Both the position numbers and the translations under genes were made by a program. A DNA stretch of 64,000 bases from positions 3,737,434 to 3,801,433 of the forward strand of contig CM082593.2 of the NCBI GenBank assembly GCA_040954595.2, read 5' to 3'. Origin of the DNA: Balanoglossus misakiensis (lineage: Eukaryota > Animalia > Hemichordata). Positions 42,101-57,272 of this stretch are shown in pieces. Below the pieces are notes generated by a model. The model ran no database searches. It saw nothing but the letters and a program-made list of their open reading frames with translations, and was not told the origin of the DNA. The stretch's first letter is position 1, and every line of letters starts with the position of its first letter.

Positions 42101-43390
42101 TTACAGGGGAGCTGACGGCGACACAGATTAGTCGTAATGACCAATCCCAACAATTGAAAAATTAGCGGTAGACTTCATTTTTTCTCGTCTGCAATCTCAG
42201 CAAACCGACAGTCTATACTGCAGTCTTTTCGACCTCCCAGAGGTTACCCCAGGCACTACTTAAACAAACTAAAGCGATCTCATTTTGCCTGTATATCCTA
42301 ACGACGTCACAGCAAGTGGTCGACGTATTTTTCAAATACAACTTAGCAAAACCATAAAAAGGTGGAAACCAAATTGTCTCCCACTGGCTGGGAAATTATT
42401 AAAAGGATTCCGACTCAAATTCCCGAACCTGCGGGCGACCTCCATATCAATTCTGATGGAAGTGTCAAAGTGTACTTTCCGGTTTTGTTCTCACACGTCA
42501 CTGCAGACGACCGGAATAAAACTCACAACTTCCTCCATAGCGTAGCATAATATAAAGTATGACGATGCAGCATAGCTGAACAACAACAACAACAGTAACA
42601 GCAACAATAACAACAACGTCATCATCATGATAACCTTCCTCATCATCATCGTCAATCGTCTTCCTTGTACTTATATGCATAGCCCTTTTCAATAAGTATT
42701 TCTATTTTTAAAACATAAATTGGAAATGTATTTAAACGACCATGAACTTTTGTGAAAAAACATCCACATTTAAAGAATAGAACAGGGAATAGCAGAAAAT
42801 TAGTCATTAAAACACTAAGGGTAACTGTTGTGCTTTTGTCGATAGAATGTTAATGACATTCGCTTTCAAACGGCGAACGTGAATGCTGGAGATGGTTTGA
42901 GCAATTGGACTCATATCGGCACAGCGACATCACACACTAGAGCGATCTTTTTGAGAAAGCACTTAGTCCATCAAAATGTGATTAGAGAGACTGCATTTGC
43001 TGAAGAGGCACTACGCATGAAGAGACTGATGACCGTTATACTTCATCCCAGTAATAAGTTGTCATTGTGGAGGGGTCTCATTACTGTCTGCACGACTCCG
43101 ATACTAATAAAATTAAGAAGAAAATCGAACATTCTAATGGGCAAGAATCAGCCATTTCAATGTCTAACTCCAGCCGGAGATAAACAAGCGAAGATAATGA
43201 TTTTGCTTTTGGAGACGATCGAGTCATTGAACTGTTTGATCGGTAATTATGTGTCTGGGACTGAGGCAATGCTGACATGAAGGGTTTGGGAATTCAGTTG
43301 CTATGTAAGTGCGCATCTTGCTCATCTTGTTTAAATGAGCCAAAATGTATGTGTGTCTATGTGTCTATGTGTGTATGTACCGTATGTACC

Positions 43391-43475
43391 GTATGTATGT
43401 ATGTATGTATGTATGTATGTATGTATGTATGTATGTATGTATGTATGTATGTATGTATGTATGTATGTATGTATG
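43391..43475. repeat. (TATG)n microsatellite
   Basis: Directly visible, about 21 units. Confidence 0.97.
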
Positions 43476-46400
43476 TGCGTATCATTCCCTTCAGTCGCTG
43501 TCGAAAACTTCGCCACCTTTCTGTATAAACTTTGCTTGGAATTCACTTTTTGATTGAGCTTTTTCATTAACTAGTCACACATTCAAATTACCAACTTCCT
43601 CCTGTCTTAATCCGTTTCTTTTCACATGCCCAGTTGAGGATTCTGAGCACGGCCGAAGCCCGCTCGTGGCTGGAATGCAGTGCAGCAGTTAACTTGTCAT
43701 TTAATAAGAATCAAGTCCTCAGCAGTAGATTTGTTTTCACCTCTGGCAAATCGATAGATTGAGTATCGATTCAAACTGAAAGAATTCACCCCGATGACGA
43801 TGATAGTTGCGCATCAATAGTCTGTCTGACGTCAATTATTTGAGAACTGGCGTACGGTTCGTAATCGATAGAATGTAGGCAGCTTTTGCATGATGATATC
43901 GCCCGCTCTTACGAGAGTGGTTGTTTGTTTGTACTTTCTGTGTTCAATTCCCGAATTAAAATGAAATATAGCAGTTTCCAATTCCTACTATAAGAGCTTA
44001 ACCCGACAAAATGAAAGGAAAGCACTACACGCAGTTTTACTCTACATGTATAGGCTAAATTTTTGTGAGACAAACCAACCACCTTCATTTTGCTGCCAAT
44101 AATATATACCGGTAGACCATGTTCCTGATATTATTACCAGATTTTTATTAAATCACAATCCCCCCTGCTGTACCTGTTGCGAGCGAATGCTTGTAATTGA
44201 AAGATGAAACGTGACGTGAATAATTAGTGTCCCTCCAAAAAATGTCCCGAGTCGATGGAGACCAGGGGGATACCCAGTGGGGAGGCTTTGTGTTCATACT
44301 AAAACCGCGGGATGCAAGCAAACGTGAATGTAAATTACAACACTGTCATTCGGAAATTTTTGCTAAACGGAGCATGGAGTCTAGCAGTCGTGTTTGGCGT
44401 CAGCCTCAGTACTTTAAAAACCCTCGGCCGTAAATTGACAACCGATGTATCGTGGATGTTGTGCAGTCACCCTGGTTTGCCTCGCTTCCGAATCATCATC
44501 ATCCACCGCCATCCTTTGCCGTTTGCAATTAGACTGATCAACTCCCCGCAGACCGAGGATAGGCCACGCTAACGATGGCCAATCAGAACCTGTCATTTAC
44601 CAAAACCAATTTGAACAGTAGGGAATCTCCTGTATTGATTGGAGAAACAGGGCACGAGAGTGGACGTCGTGACGAATCTCTCATCTTGCAAACTTCACCC
44701 AACACTGCCTGGGCGATCCTTGAGACAGTTCAAGGAAGTCACTTCTTTCGAAGTACCTCAGTGTCTAGTATCAAAAATGCAATCGATTTTAACGAAGCGA
44801 ATATTGCATATTTTCACCGATGTTACACCCAAAGTTGTCGATCTCCTGCATACGTTGTCATGGATCGGTGTTAAACTTGGAAATGCATGCCCCTTAATTT
44901 TGTACTGTGTGAGCTGCGCCATATGGTCATAATGATATTACAAAAACTGCTCATCCCATGTCGGTTTCCAAAACTATCTTTCATCGGTCGCCGCAGCAAT
45001 ATTATCACAGCATCAGTATAAAGTTAATACTTTGGCCTAAGTAGTGTACTGGTTTCAATCGACCTAACTTAACAAACTATTGGCTTGTACTTACATAAAA
45101 ATTGCCTACGGGTCATTATGGGAAGGATAGATATCACAGAAGAGATTTTGTTTAGATCTATCCTAGGGAATATGACTAATGATCTACGTTCAGCGAGATA
45201 AATACTCGATAGCAAGGGAAAAAGGAATTGTACATGTAAATACCGGGACATGAATACCTCATTAACTTTCAGATATACATGTGCATGTTCATGTACCGGT
45301 AGTTGGGAGAATGTAAGAGTCTACCCTGATTTAACGAGCTTGGTGGTTCATGTAGCATGTTTCTGCGCGCAGTCTGAAGTAGACTGACGTCAGCTGTCTG
45401 CTCTCCATCTCGGCAATCACAAACCCTTACATCATTTTCGTTTGTTTAGACTAATTGTGCCCACACTAAAATTCGCTTAGGTATTCGGAATTCTCGGTAG
45501 CCAAAAAAAATGTCTGGACCAAATCTGCGCCAACACCACTGATCTGATCAACGATAAAAAACAAATGCAACTTACTCCATCAGTGCATTCCTGTCTAACG
45601 ATCGGGAAGAGAGACAAAGGTGATGGGCATCTATGATCCATCTGCCTACGTTCTGATAACATGAAGATTTTAGACAGAAACTACTTAGCCAAGCTTGAAG
45701 CGTGACCTCATCATCGATTGTATCAGAAAGGAGAGGAATTTCTGTGCAAAACAATCATACTTGGTACAGTTTAACTGTCCACAGTTTCCGTTATATCTAT
45801 AATGAGACCATTTGTCCTCGATTATCTGATCCCAGACGACAAAGTCAGTGTTTTCTTCCCTGCGATGTGAGATTGCATCAAAAGAAATGAATATCTGAAC
45901 AAAGAATTCTCCCAGAATACCCGTTTGCTTATCTTCCCGGCCCCAGGCTCTAAAACATCACTCCTCTGAGGTTAGGAAGAAAAGATGAGAAGAGCAAAGC
46001 ATTACATTTAGTTTCATTTCCTATTACTAAGTCTGCCTCTGGCTGCTTCTGGGACTGTCTTATACCTTGGCGAGCAAGGAAATCTTATTTCAAATGCTTA
46101 AACGAGTCTCCCTGCACCCTGCCATAAATTTTAGTCAATAAAATCCAATGTTCATGGCTCAGATGAATGTTATTTTATGAGTCGAAAAACGATGGCCCTG
46201 ACCGATGTCATAGGAACACTGAGCTGATTTAATGACTAAAATTGACCTACATCAAAGATTGTAATAATCCAGAGTTGTATATGAATAACAAAGATAATAT
46301 CATAGAGTTATTATTATCGATGGAGGAGTGAATGACCTTCCTAAACTCTGCGTTTAGCAAGGTCGAAATCCAACAGCGGGGGTTTTCAAAGTGGTGGGGA

Positions 46401-49400
46401 TCAAATTACAAAACACATAAACAACCCGCAATGCCAATAACAACGTCCCACGTTATATATTGATTTTTTATGTCCAATTACACGGTTAATAGAATAGGAA
46501 ACAGTCACGGTTAATGAGAGATCCAAGCAGGACGCTATTCTGTGTGTGGTTCAGTTGGTGTTTGTTTGCAATACTGATCTTGCATACATTGTACGTCACC
46601 GATACATGTATCCCCTACTGTGACAGTGTTTTATAAATACACGGGGTGATTACAGAAATGTACCTGTTTAAGCTGCAAAAAGGCATTGAAACTACGGGGA
46701 ACTGCGCCAGGTATCTCCTCTGCCTGATCCGAGCATGTAAGACAGTCATGTGTAGGAGACAGCAGGCAAGGCGAACACTTTAAAGTATGTTTACACAGTA
46801 TCTACGGAACTAATATGACACGCGTGTGGTTGAGTCGCACAGTGCAGCGGATCTGTCTTAGATTTAACGTAATTGCAGTGGTTCTCTAAATCAGCTTAGG
46901 TGCGTGACATCTACCCCTTTGCACATCTGGTTTACCGGTTACTATAATTGCCATCGTGGCTGCGTTCGGTATCTTCTCTCTATAGATCCTCTAAACAGGT
47001 CACATGGCACCATTTCTCAGTGAGGTAGCAAAGTATTCCAGTCATGTTGTACACATACTTAATTTTCCAAAATTTACGCATCCCAAATCAGAAACCTTAA
47101 CGTGTGTAACCACCATCCATGCCATCCAAAACCGCGAGATTTAGAGTTATAAACCCACTCTAACACGTGCAATATGTTAAAGGTTAAGATTGCGTGCAAC
47201 CCGACATAACACAATACCAGTTCGTTGGTTTTACTTTACGCAGTGCAGGCACTAACTATACAAACTATTTTTATTACCATTTCACAGCCGTCATTCAGCG
47301 ATCTTGTTCCATATTTCAGTACTTGAAGGGTATGATCATGTTACTAAATATTGAATTTGCCTTCGCGGTATTTACAAATTAAGAGTCTGCGAATTTCTTT
47401 CTTGTGTATTTTCTATTCATTGCGTATAATAACACGTGTTTTTACATTCTTCGTTTCCCTCCCACAGTTAGCACATTATTGCAACATTTAGACCAACAAA
47501 TGTTTGTGGCTTACTGCCTGTTTTCTGTCTCGAAATATTTCAGAATCATATACCAATTTACGGGAGTAAAATGAGAGGATTAGTGTTTCATGGTTTCAAT
47601 AAACTGCATTGAGGCAGACACACGTTCCGGCATGCATGGCATATTAACACCTAATGTACCTTTTCCTACATGCAATGAAAGGCAGAGCTGTTTGGGCGGA
47701 GATGAAGATGTCAAAGGACATTGGAAAGCACTGGACTCCATGGAAACAAACACAGTCTACATCGTACAAGGTCTCGAGACTTTACTTAGAACAATGCTAC
47801 AACTTTAGTCATAACGCCAAATGACTTGTCTCGATTTAAAAGTCAATCAGCCTCGTTCTGCCTGGTCCACACACAAACATTGATGGCGACACAAGTATTT
47901 CTGGTTCGATCAGCCCCATCCATAAATTGACATTAGAGGAAACTATCGTTATGTTGCACTAATGACGTTTTCACCTTTTTAGCTGTGACTCATCACCAAA
48001 AAAGTAGTTTGCTAGTATCGCTTGAAAGGCAGGTGAAGCTTTTACATTTTGATTACCATCCATTGCCTATGCTATCACACACAGCCATTAAGGGATAATT
48101 CCTTCAATATCGACATACGGGTCGAATATCACGTTAGGGAAAGTAAGCACCGCAACAAGCATTATCGCTCAGCGCTCCTTATTGACTTTTTTCTCCATTC
48201 TTTAATAGAATCACGTATTATTCTGAGTGTGATGCGGGAACACGGGCAGGTGTTGCGCCAGAGAAAAATTCTCTGCGAAATTTGCATCGAGCTTATTCAT
48301 CTATACTAGTTTAGCTCATGTGTGCACACATGTGAGTTATTGTCATACCGATGTCTGTCTGTGTGTCAGTCTATGTTGGTATATACATGTACAGGTATCA
48401 TATTAAAATGGCAAAACGTGATTAGATTTCAGCGGCCATGGCCTATACCGGTATATCAATGAGAGACATTTGACTGTGAAGCATTTTGCAGCATCATGTT
48501 TATGAACACATTTCATAATAGATAGTACTGTATAACAGAGATTAGTTGCGCTGAATGACTGTGATGAATTGAATGATAATTTATTGGTCCATTTCCACAG
48601 TTTCGGTCTTTAATATCAAACCACTTCATTCAGTTAATATCTGTTTGTTAAATGTCAAAAGAGCTGAAAGTGTTTCTATGCCCCGAAGCTACACGAACAT
48701 GATGGATGCAGTGTGCATACGCGCAAGCTACTGTGATGAATTTCAGAGGTAGAGATAAACACTGCAGTCAAAGGATTGTTGAACAGAAGAAATATATGTC
48801 CTATATAAATTTCATAAATAACAGACTACTAGTCAGAACTATTTTTTTCTAAATAGGTTGAGTACATTGCAATGTGCACATGTAAGTAATGTTATACTGA
48901 TTTCAAATTAAGAAACAGTTGGTTTAGTGATCCGGGTCACTGCTATGCCTCTTGGCATGTAATTACTCAAATACTCGCCTTCTAAATTGGAGTGAAATAT
49001 TTCATAACAATTCCCTTCCCTGTAATAGTTCCCCTTCCACTTTAATGATGGCTACTTCTGCTGATCAAATATACTGCTTAATGTCAATGGAGTTATTGTA
49101 AGTAGTGCAAGTATTTCCATTTTATGCTACAAGCACATTTTCTTCGTCCTTAAAGATCTTTACGATTCATTGACTACGGCTTCTTTGATCTGGAAAAGTT
49201 TGCGTGCATCGGGCATGTAATGATAGCAGTGTGTCGGCTGCTTTGCTGCTGGGCGTATGCAGTGTATAGTCGCTGTTTGGCTGGGTAGTTCATATACCCG
49301 GTATACCGGTATATGGAGACACGGTATTTGCACGATAACTTCCAATTTCAGACCTTTGTATAGGTTTCTTGTGTGTGGCAAATTCAGTTTGGCAGATGAT

Positions 49401-51151
49401 GCATTTGCTTAGTTCTTGCTGGTGTATCGCAGCCGTGTGGAGACTACATATACCGGTAGCCCAGTTCACTAACCGTCAGAATTAACTTGAAAGGTCACTG
49501 ACATCAACTGCTGTCTCCAGCAAAGTCACTGTCACACACTGCACATGGTTGGATGAATTTCTCACAGTGACAGTTTGAGGACCGAAGAAACAACAACAGC
49601 CATGAAAAAAGCCACTTTGCATTCAAGAGAAGTGCGTAGACAGAATACTTGCACGTCGCCCTAATCTAGAATTGAGCCTGGCTTAGCAAACACACCTGCC
49701 AAATTGCTTTTCATTTCATGCGACTCTGTACCCTATCGGCCTTAATAAAAAGGGGCTGACGATTTTAATTAAATTTGCTCTGTAGCAATCTCTTTTGATG
49801 GCGACGCTAAATAAGATGAGGGCTATCAGCGAGCAGGTGACAGTGTGTTTGAGTTGTGTCGCGAGTCGCCTCTTCCTTCAGACTCCAGTTTGATTTCGCA
49901 GATGTGCAATACCTGTCATAAAGACGGCGAAAATGGAAATGTCACTTTTAAATCAGAGCTGTTTGCTGATGTGGCCTGTTGTGTGCTGACAGACCTTAAT
50001 TTTACAATTGATAAGATGGCTGTATGCACATGGTCTATGCGTATCAGGATTGTACAAACAGCCAAATTCACCATATTGGACATGTGATGTCGTCTGGTCC
50101 ATGCTTGTTAGATTTAATAGCCCCTTTTCATTCATTATACATCACTCCACCCCATCGTTGTTACGCTATCCTGGTAATAAATGTACATGTATGCATATTT
50201 CATTGGCTCTCTTTTAGCGTCATATACATGACTTTGTGTATAATATGCATATGGAGGAATTTACTGCGGCACATTTCAAGAAATTTTTGAACCGAGACTA
50301 CACAGCTATATATGCGTAAATTGCCCAACCAGCGAATTGTAAGAACTTTTTACATCATTCGAGATGACGCAGTTGCTAGTTTTATTGCTTATTTCATTCA
50401 GGTTATGCTTCTTTCGAATTTGTATGATAACAGGACAGTAAAGCACGGTCGGTGAGTTTTATTCTGGTCTGCGGTGATATAACATATAAGGTAGTTTCAG
50501 TCGCAGACGCTGTGAGACACACACACGCAAATCACTCCAGCATTCAAGCCGGACACCATCTACGATTACGTTTGCAAAGAACTGTGAGCCGATCACGGGT
50601 ATGGATTTCGTTCTAAATCTTCACGTAATGGCTGCCAGTGGTAAGACCATTAAACCGAGTCGCTGCAAGTGTTTTTTTCTCCTCTCTCCACGATTCTTAT
50701 GTTGTATTCTTAGCTCGAGTCCCTCACCAAACACGCTTTTTTTTCACTTTTGCGCATACGCCTGAAATAATTGCATCCCCTGGGCACGCGCGTGACACGA
50801 CTTTTCAAACCCGTCTTGAATCCACAATCGCCCTCGAACGCTACATCACTTAAGGACATTTAGAGAAGTATTTATTCAGGCATCGGCGAGGTAGCGTGCT
50901 TCTCTTACATCCATAAACACGATCTTTTGTGCACTCATATTATCATCTACAAAGCAGAAATAAACCGCTTTCGGCCATGGCTGTTAATTGAAAGAGCACA
51001 GCAATGTCTGAAGTAAAAGTATCGGAGACTTATGAAAACCAAACCATAGAAACCCAGTCCTACTTGAACTGAAGAATGGGTTATCTCTACGGCAGTGAGA
51101 ACTATATCCACCGAGCATTCCATTCCTATACACAACGTGCGACAGACATGC

Positions 51152-51221
<70 letters not shown>
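51152..51221. repeat. (ATCT)n microsatellite
   Basis: Directly visible, about 17 units. Confidence 0.97.
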
Positions 51222-51222
<1 letters not shown>

Positions 51223-54200
51223 CATCCATCTACCTGTCTGCCTCTGTGTATGCCTGTCTGTCTGTCAGATCATGGGTTGAGTTAAAACTACACCTTGATT
51301 TCAGTGCTGCTGGCGAGCACTATTCATAGATATGCGCCACACGAGACACAAACCCTAGTTGCTTGTGTGCGTGTGTAATAATCAAGTGACGTCACAAGGG
51401 AGCGTGACTGCGTGTATCATCCCCATCACAGTTTTCACAGCTTAACGATTCGATGATTCATGTGAATAACACATAGCTAGGCCCCTTACAGTCAGAAATA
51501 AGAATTGCTGAAGAACAGTTGGGAAAATGTTATGTGAGAAGAAAAATACTGTCCACAAAAACCAAGTCGCAGTGTCGGACACTGCACGGAGATACTCTCA
51601 CTATGTCCTAAGTCAACCTCTGCCTCGGTTTAGGTGTAGTCAGTGCATCTCACGTACTTTTAAAATATCAGAGTTACCTCTAATTTAATTGTTCAATTAG
51701 GGAAGGAGGCCAAGGTCATTACCATGGTGACGAATACATTCACACTTGCTGCTGTAAAAACTACTAACTACATGTACGTTAAAAGAATAAATTATTTTCG
51801 TAATATTGGTGAATTGAACAACCCAGTCAGAAAGTCGTTTATATATAACCTTAAAATAATTTGTGATATAGTTTCAACCTGTTAGGCTGCATTTCTCCAT
51901 GATGGAAATCGTTTCGCTGAATTAAACCAAACTAGGGCATATATTGCAATGATTCCCTTGAAAACACCTAGCTGTGATCCGTGAGAGTTTGAATATAAGA
52001 CGTGGTTGTAACAAGGTTAAATTACCAATTACTGAGTACTTCAATTCCGCGAGGACATTTGTAACAGGCGTGTTTGATGTAATATAAAATAATTTGGCGT
52101 CTAGGCGAAATTTCATTTTCAGTTCCCTGAAAACGATCATGAAATTAAAATTACTCTGACCACAAAATACATTCTCTGGGTTTAATATGATTTAAAGAAA
52201 TTGCATCCGACTTTTCTGGCGCCATACTGAACTCTGATGGCAGACCGTCGCCACGTGGCCCAATATGACAGTGCAGATACAAAAAACAACAGATTCAGCT
52301 AACGGACCTTTAAATAACATTTTCTTATGTATGTTTATCGTGACTGTCTTGACATTTTGATATTAGCCTCCGAACTCACTGTAACCCCCACACTGTACTT
52401 AGTTGTTTGCTTTGGAGGGACATCACAGAAGCTCACAACCCCAATCATCCTCACGGAGCAACTATCGAAATTTATCTCTCGTTGCCTCTAGGCCCACACG
52501 TGGCTCCGGAATGGACGTCCATCACGACTCTGAATGAGTTCATGACCTCAGATCTTGGCTTACTGTGAACGGAACGGATATTGCCCTCGACAACAATAAA
52601 AGAAACTAACTTCTGGAACGAATTTAGTGGTGCATTTCTGAATGAGTGAGTCTAAGTTGAAGCCTACTTGACATGCTTATAATTCCCCATTCAAGATTTC
52701 TTTAATAGTCATTGAAGATCTGTGATGATAAGAAATGGCGTGAACTAAAAGGCGATGTCAAGTAAAATAAAAAGACTGACTTCACTATACTACATTTATT
52801 TTCAGTTTCTTGTTAATTGTTCTTGAGCATATGCTAGTTAATTGGCTGAGCTGAATGCTATCTACTACTCAAATTCACACATACATTTCATCTGCAACTT
52901 ACTGAGACTGGGTACATTGTAGTACATTTTACAGGGACACGGGCCGGTGGTGATTTGTCTCGCATGATGCATTAAATAAGATTGACACTATTTATTACTT
53001 GACGTAAAGAATCACTTCGTCACGGCACAGTTCACGGGAATGCATTTTAATAAGTTCAGATATCGATTAGTACTTCTTTTTTGGCAAATTAATGATAAAA
53101 TAGTGTCAAGGACACTGTGATCCCATTTAGGGATTACAGAGAAATAGTTATACCGGTACACCGGAATTGAATTTTGGACAACATCAAAGGGGGAAGGGGA
53201 GAAAAGTAAATGAGGAATTATACTTTCTATGAGGTCTAAGACCCAGGTCTTGCAGTTCTGTACATTTCACCCCCAGTTGAGACCAAAAAGGTAACTCATC
53301 AGGTGACGGCATATGTGTACAAACATGGATTATACCACCTTTCGTGATAATCAGAAAAGTCCATTTACTTGAAAGAAGCTGAGATAATGCATTCTGCCAC
53401 AATGTTGCTTGTTAAGGAAATTACAACCCATACACAGCTCATGTAATTCAAATTAAGCCGTTTGTTATTCCAGATGGAAAGATCATACACGAGAATTCCG
53501 TAATTTTGCTGTCATCGTCTGCGTCTAATGCACTTGAGGTTCCGAGTTTACTGAAGTCAAGATCTTCCATTAAAATTGATAGTGCCTTGGATGGCAGTTT
53601 CTCTGTCTGACTATGCCGAGAGCACTGGCACGTAAAATTCGTAGGAGCGACTTAAGGAATTACCTTCATTAAGCAGGTTAAAACTTTTCTCCAGAATGAA
53701 TCTATGACACGTTCCCCTAAGCTTTTACCACAACAAGTATTCTCTGTGAAATAGACCAGCACATGCAATCCTATCCATAACTACATTCTGGTGGCCAAGG
53801 TATTAATTAAAGCCAGAAAATGTGGTCAGTAGTGGTTTTTGACGACATCCAGAATGATTTTTCGTCGTTGATCAGTAAATGGCGCAATTTAAGACCAGAT
53901 CTGGTTTTGCTCTGTTCAAATTGCCCTCAGGGTCCTGATCTGAAAGATTAGGGAAAGCGTTCTCGTCAACCACATTGATTGCCTTGCTTTTTGTTAACGT
54001 GCCGTATTATCTTTCGTGGCGATTTTCAGGCCAATTCTACTTGGCCGTCCAAGATACATATCTATTTAATTTCAAGCTGAGGAGAGTGAGCTCAGTCACC
54101 CCAAGTGTGCATTTCATTTACCCCTCCTGGGCCCCCCTTCCCCCCTCTCGCTGAACGCCAAACGTCAGTGCTCACTCTCCCCATTAGCGTTCATAATTCC

Positions 54201-57200
54201 AGCTTTGCCCAGCTTCAATTTGGCGCGTCCGTCCCAATCAGCAGTCAAGGCAAGGGGGATAACGACTGCATTCTGATGCAACTCTCCGGCGAGCTTTTCT
54301 GATTAAAATTAAGTGACGATTTGTGCGTTATTACAGCTGTCACTTCATATCAGGCATTTTTCAATTGCTCTTTATTACCGTGATTCTTGTGATGTGCGTT
54401 TGAGATATCATGTTGAGTTCTGCGGCGCGACGTCGGCACGATACATTCTTCGTAAAGACGTAAAAAAATAATGAGCGAAATGTCACTTTCATCCATAAAC
54501 TTGCGCATATCTATTTGACATGTCCTTGCATTATCTATTCAGAATCGCAAATAAAAGATGGTATATACGTTCTTCAATCCATGAACGAGTCCCAGTTCCC
54601 ACATAAATATGACATGGCTATTCTGTTTCTATAGCTTTGACTTTGACATTTGCTTCAGTTCGCTTTGAAGGACGACGTCACGAGCGACAATGTCATTGAA
54701 CCTTGAGATAACTATGCAATTCAGAGGAAACCTTGGTTGCTAGGTCTTTTTTTAGATAATGCATGTGTGTATGTGTGTAGGCCTATGTATGTATGTATGT
54801 ATGTATGCCTATGTATGTATGTATATTTTACTTTTAATTCAGAAAAGTGATTTACTGTAGTTATCCACTTTTTATCAAATCCCAGGGCGTGCCTCTCATG
54901 TTTCACCTGATATATTCCTTAAACATATCGAATTGACGCAAATTTGATCAGGCGTGTTTTGGTGGCGCTCTAATTGAATAAAATGCGAATACAATATATG
55001 ATTCCAGGGGAAGGCAACGCCGGGTAAATATTCCCCCTTTGAAGGCGAAGTGACTTTGAAAGCATCAATCCAATTAGCGCCGGGAACGGGAAATTGAAAC
55101 AGAGTGCAACAGAAGTGTGCAGGAGGTGACAAAGACGATTCTAAATTGCCGCGGACAAACGAAGCAATTTTACACAGAGTAATCTATTTATTTGCAGAGC
55201 CGTACTTTTTGTAGGCGTTTCGCAGCAGTCCTCTGTTTCCCGCCATTCTTGGCCGCGGGATGCAGCGAAGTGCTAAACGACTAAAAAGAAATTCAATTCA
55301 TTAGGTGTTAAATCACTTTCGCCGTTTTCAATTTATGTTATTCTATCGCTCAGTGGTGAAGTCTCATCGCACGGCGTCCGGTTGAGGTAGTGCTCTTACT
55401 GCAGTCAGTCGCGTTGTTCTTCTGTTTATAAAGACCTACCATGTGATATCATGTTATGCTGTCTGTCATAGTGGCGGGCATTGCATATATACCGGTACAT
55501 GTGTTTGTGTTAGAACATCAACGACATGATGTGGGAGTATATAGCAAAGTATTAAATAGAACGCTAACAGTATTTTCTCTCGTGGCATTATAAGCTTAAC
55601 ATGCATGGGAAATATAAAATTGAGCTTCAAAACACGTCTGTGACCGGTGAACAATTGTAATGCTATGTGGCGTTCGGATATGCCATAAAGTGGTATGTAC
55701 AAATTGATTGCTTCCCTTGAATGACAGCAAATATACCGCTGTAAACAGCGCGCGTAAAATTGACGACCCGAAGCTCATAATTCCGACCTTTTTATTTACC
55801 GATGGACTGAGGAATTGTTGGAATTCACAGTTGTCGCGATTGTTTTTGCATCTGGGCGTTCAGTGGGAGTCGTCAAATGGAGGCATTAATAGTAAACTTA
55901 AGGAAAGGATGGATTTTATACACCCTTCAGGGCAACTGGCAATCTACCGGTTCGATTAGATTTTAGGATTCATGTTTTTCTCGAGCAGTGGATTCTTATG
56001 ACGTCATTGATCACCTATGAGTAGGCACACGAACTTTGCCATCTTCCGTACAATGGTGTCAGCAGTGTTATCTGCACACCAACACTTGGTAAGTGTCCTT
56101 CTTGGGTTTTCTCAGATATGATCGCTGGATTTCAGCCACCGATTGTATCGCAATTCTTATTGCTCTGAAGGCTTCACTTCGGCACCATGATGATGATAAT
56201 GATGATCGATGAGATGAGAAAAAACAATAAAAAATCCAGGAATGACGTCACACCCAGTCGAGTCTTGACCTTACTCGTGCCCTTGCCGTAATCTGATATT
56301 TCAACTTGTTTTCAAAGAAATTTAATTTTCGAAGTCCCTGTGATAAGAACCTTAGCTTGAAGCAACCACTGGCTGAGAAATCGTTCCAGGCAGTCTGAAA
56401 CAAATCAAGCTGGCTGCAGGGACGATGCCATATCTCAAACAGTAAACCCATCCATGGCGAAAAGCGCAGCTAAGGCGAAGGATAGCATATCCCTCGATCT
56501 AAATGAAATTCTCTCAGTGAACCAATAATCACATCGACCAGCAGCGCGTCTGCCATCGCTTCATTAGCCGCGTCACGTGACACGCAGACTCGGAAATACC
56601 TAGACAACCGTCCGTGAAGAAGGGACAGCGTTCAAGTTGTGTGCCCGGCTGAGATGAGATCCTTCTGCGGAGAATCTACTCCACGTGGAAGAATCCAGGC
56701 GCCTTGTTTTTAGGTGACTGAATTTCTCGATATCGAAGAGGCGTTTTGTGGGATAGACAACCAAATTCCCTAGTTGCAGCTGTATTCTATTTGGCAAGCA
56801 ACTTGAAGGATCGCTGACGTTGAGGTCAAGGCTCGCTATAGTCTGGAACTCTGGGATTCGTTTAAACTTCTTCGAAAAACACACATGTTCAGAAGTCACG
56901 GTGCGTGGATTTCGGAGGCCGATTGGGAGAAAAGAATTCTCCTGCCATTTTCATCATTTTTTAAAGAATGTATCCTCAAGGAGGAAGTATTGATTACTTC
57001 TTAGAAACGGGCCAGTCCCCTATCCTGGGGAAATAAATCCCCGGGGAGTCACTGGTTTGTTTCAATATGCTGTCATTTACCCAGTGGTAGCTGTGTTTGT
57101 CCCGTACGTGCGTTTCCCTGAGACACACACATTGGCCAAATTCATACAATGTGATGTATCTCATGTACATCATTACGCTACTGAAGTCGCCATTAAGTCG

Positions 57201-57272
57201 TTTATCGCTTATGCAGTTGTGTGCTTTCCATTCTCGTCTGATAGGTTTCTAAATTGAAGACAAAGATATGCA

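Noticed and set aside
43277-43567. CMYV / HTYI repeat ORFs (and the IYLS ORFs at 51076-51285)
   Set aside because: Translations of tetranucleotide microsatellites.
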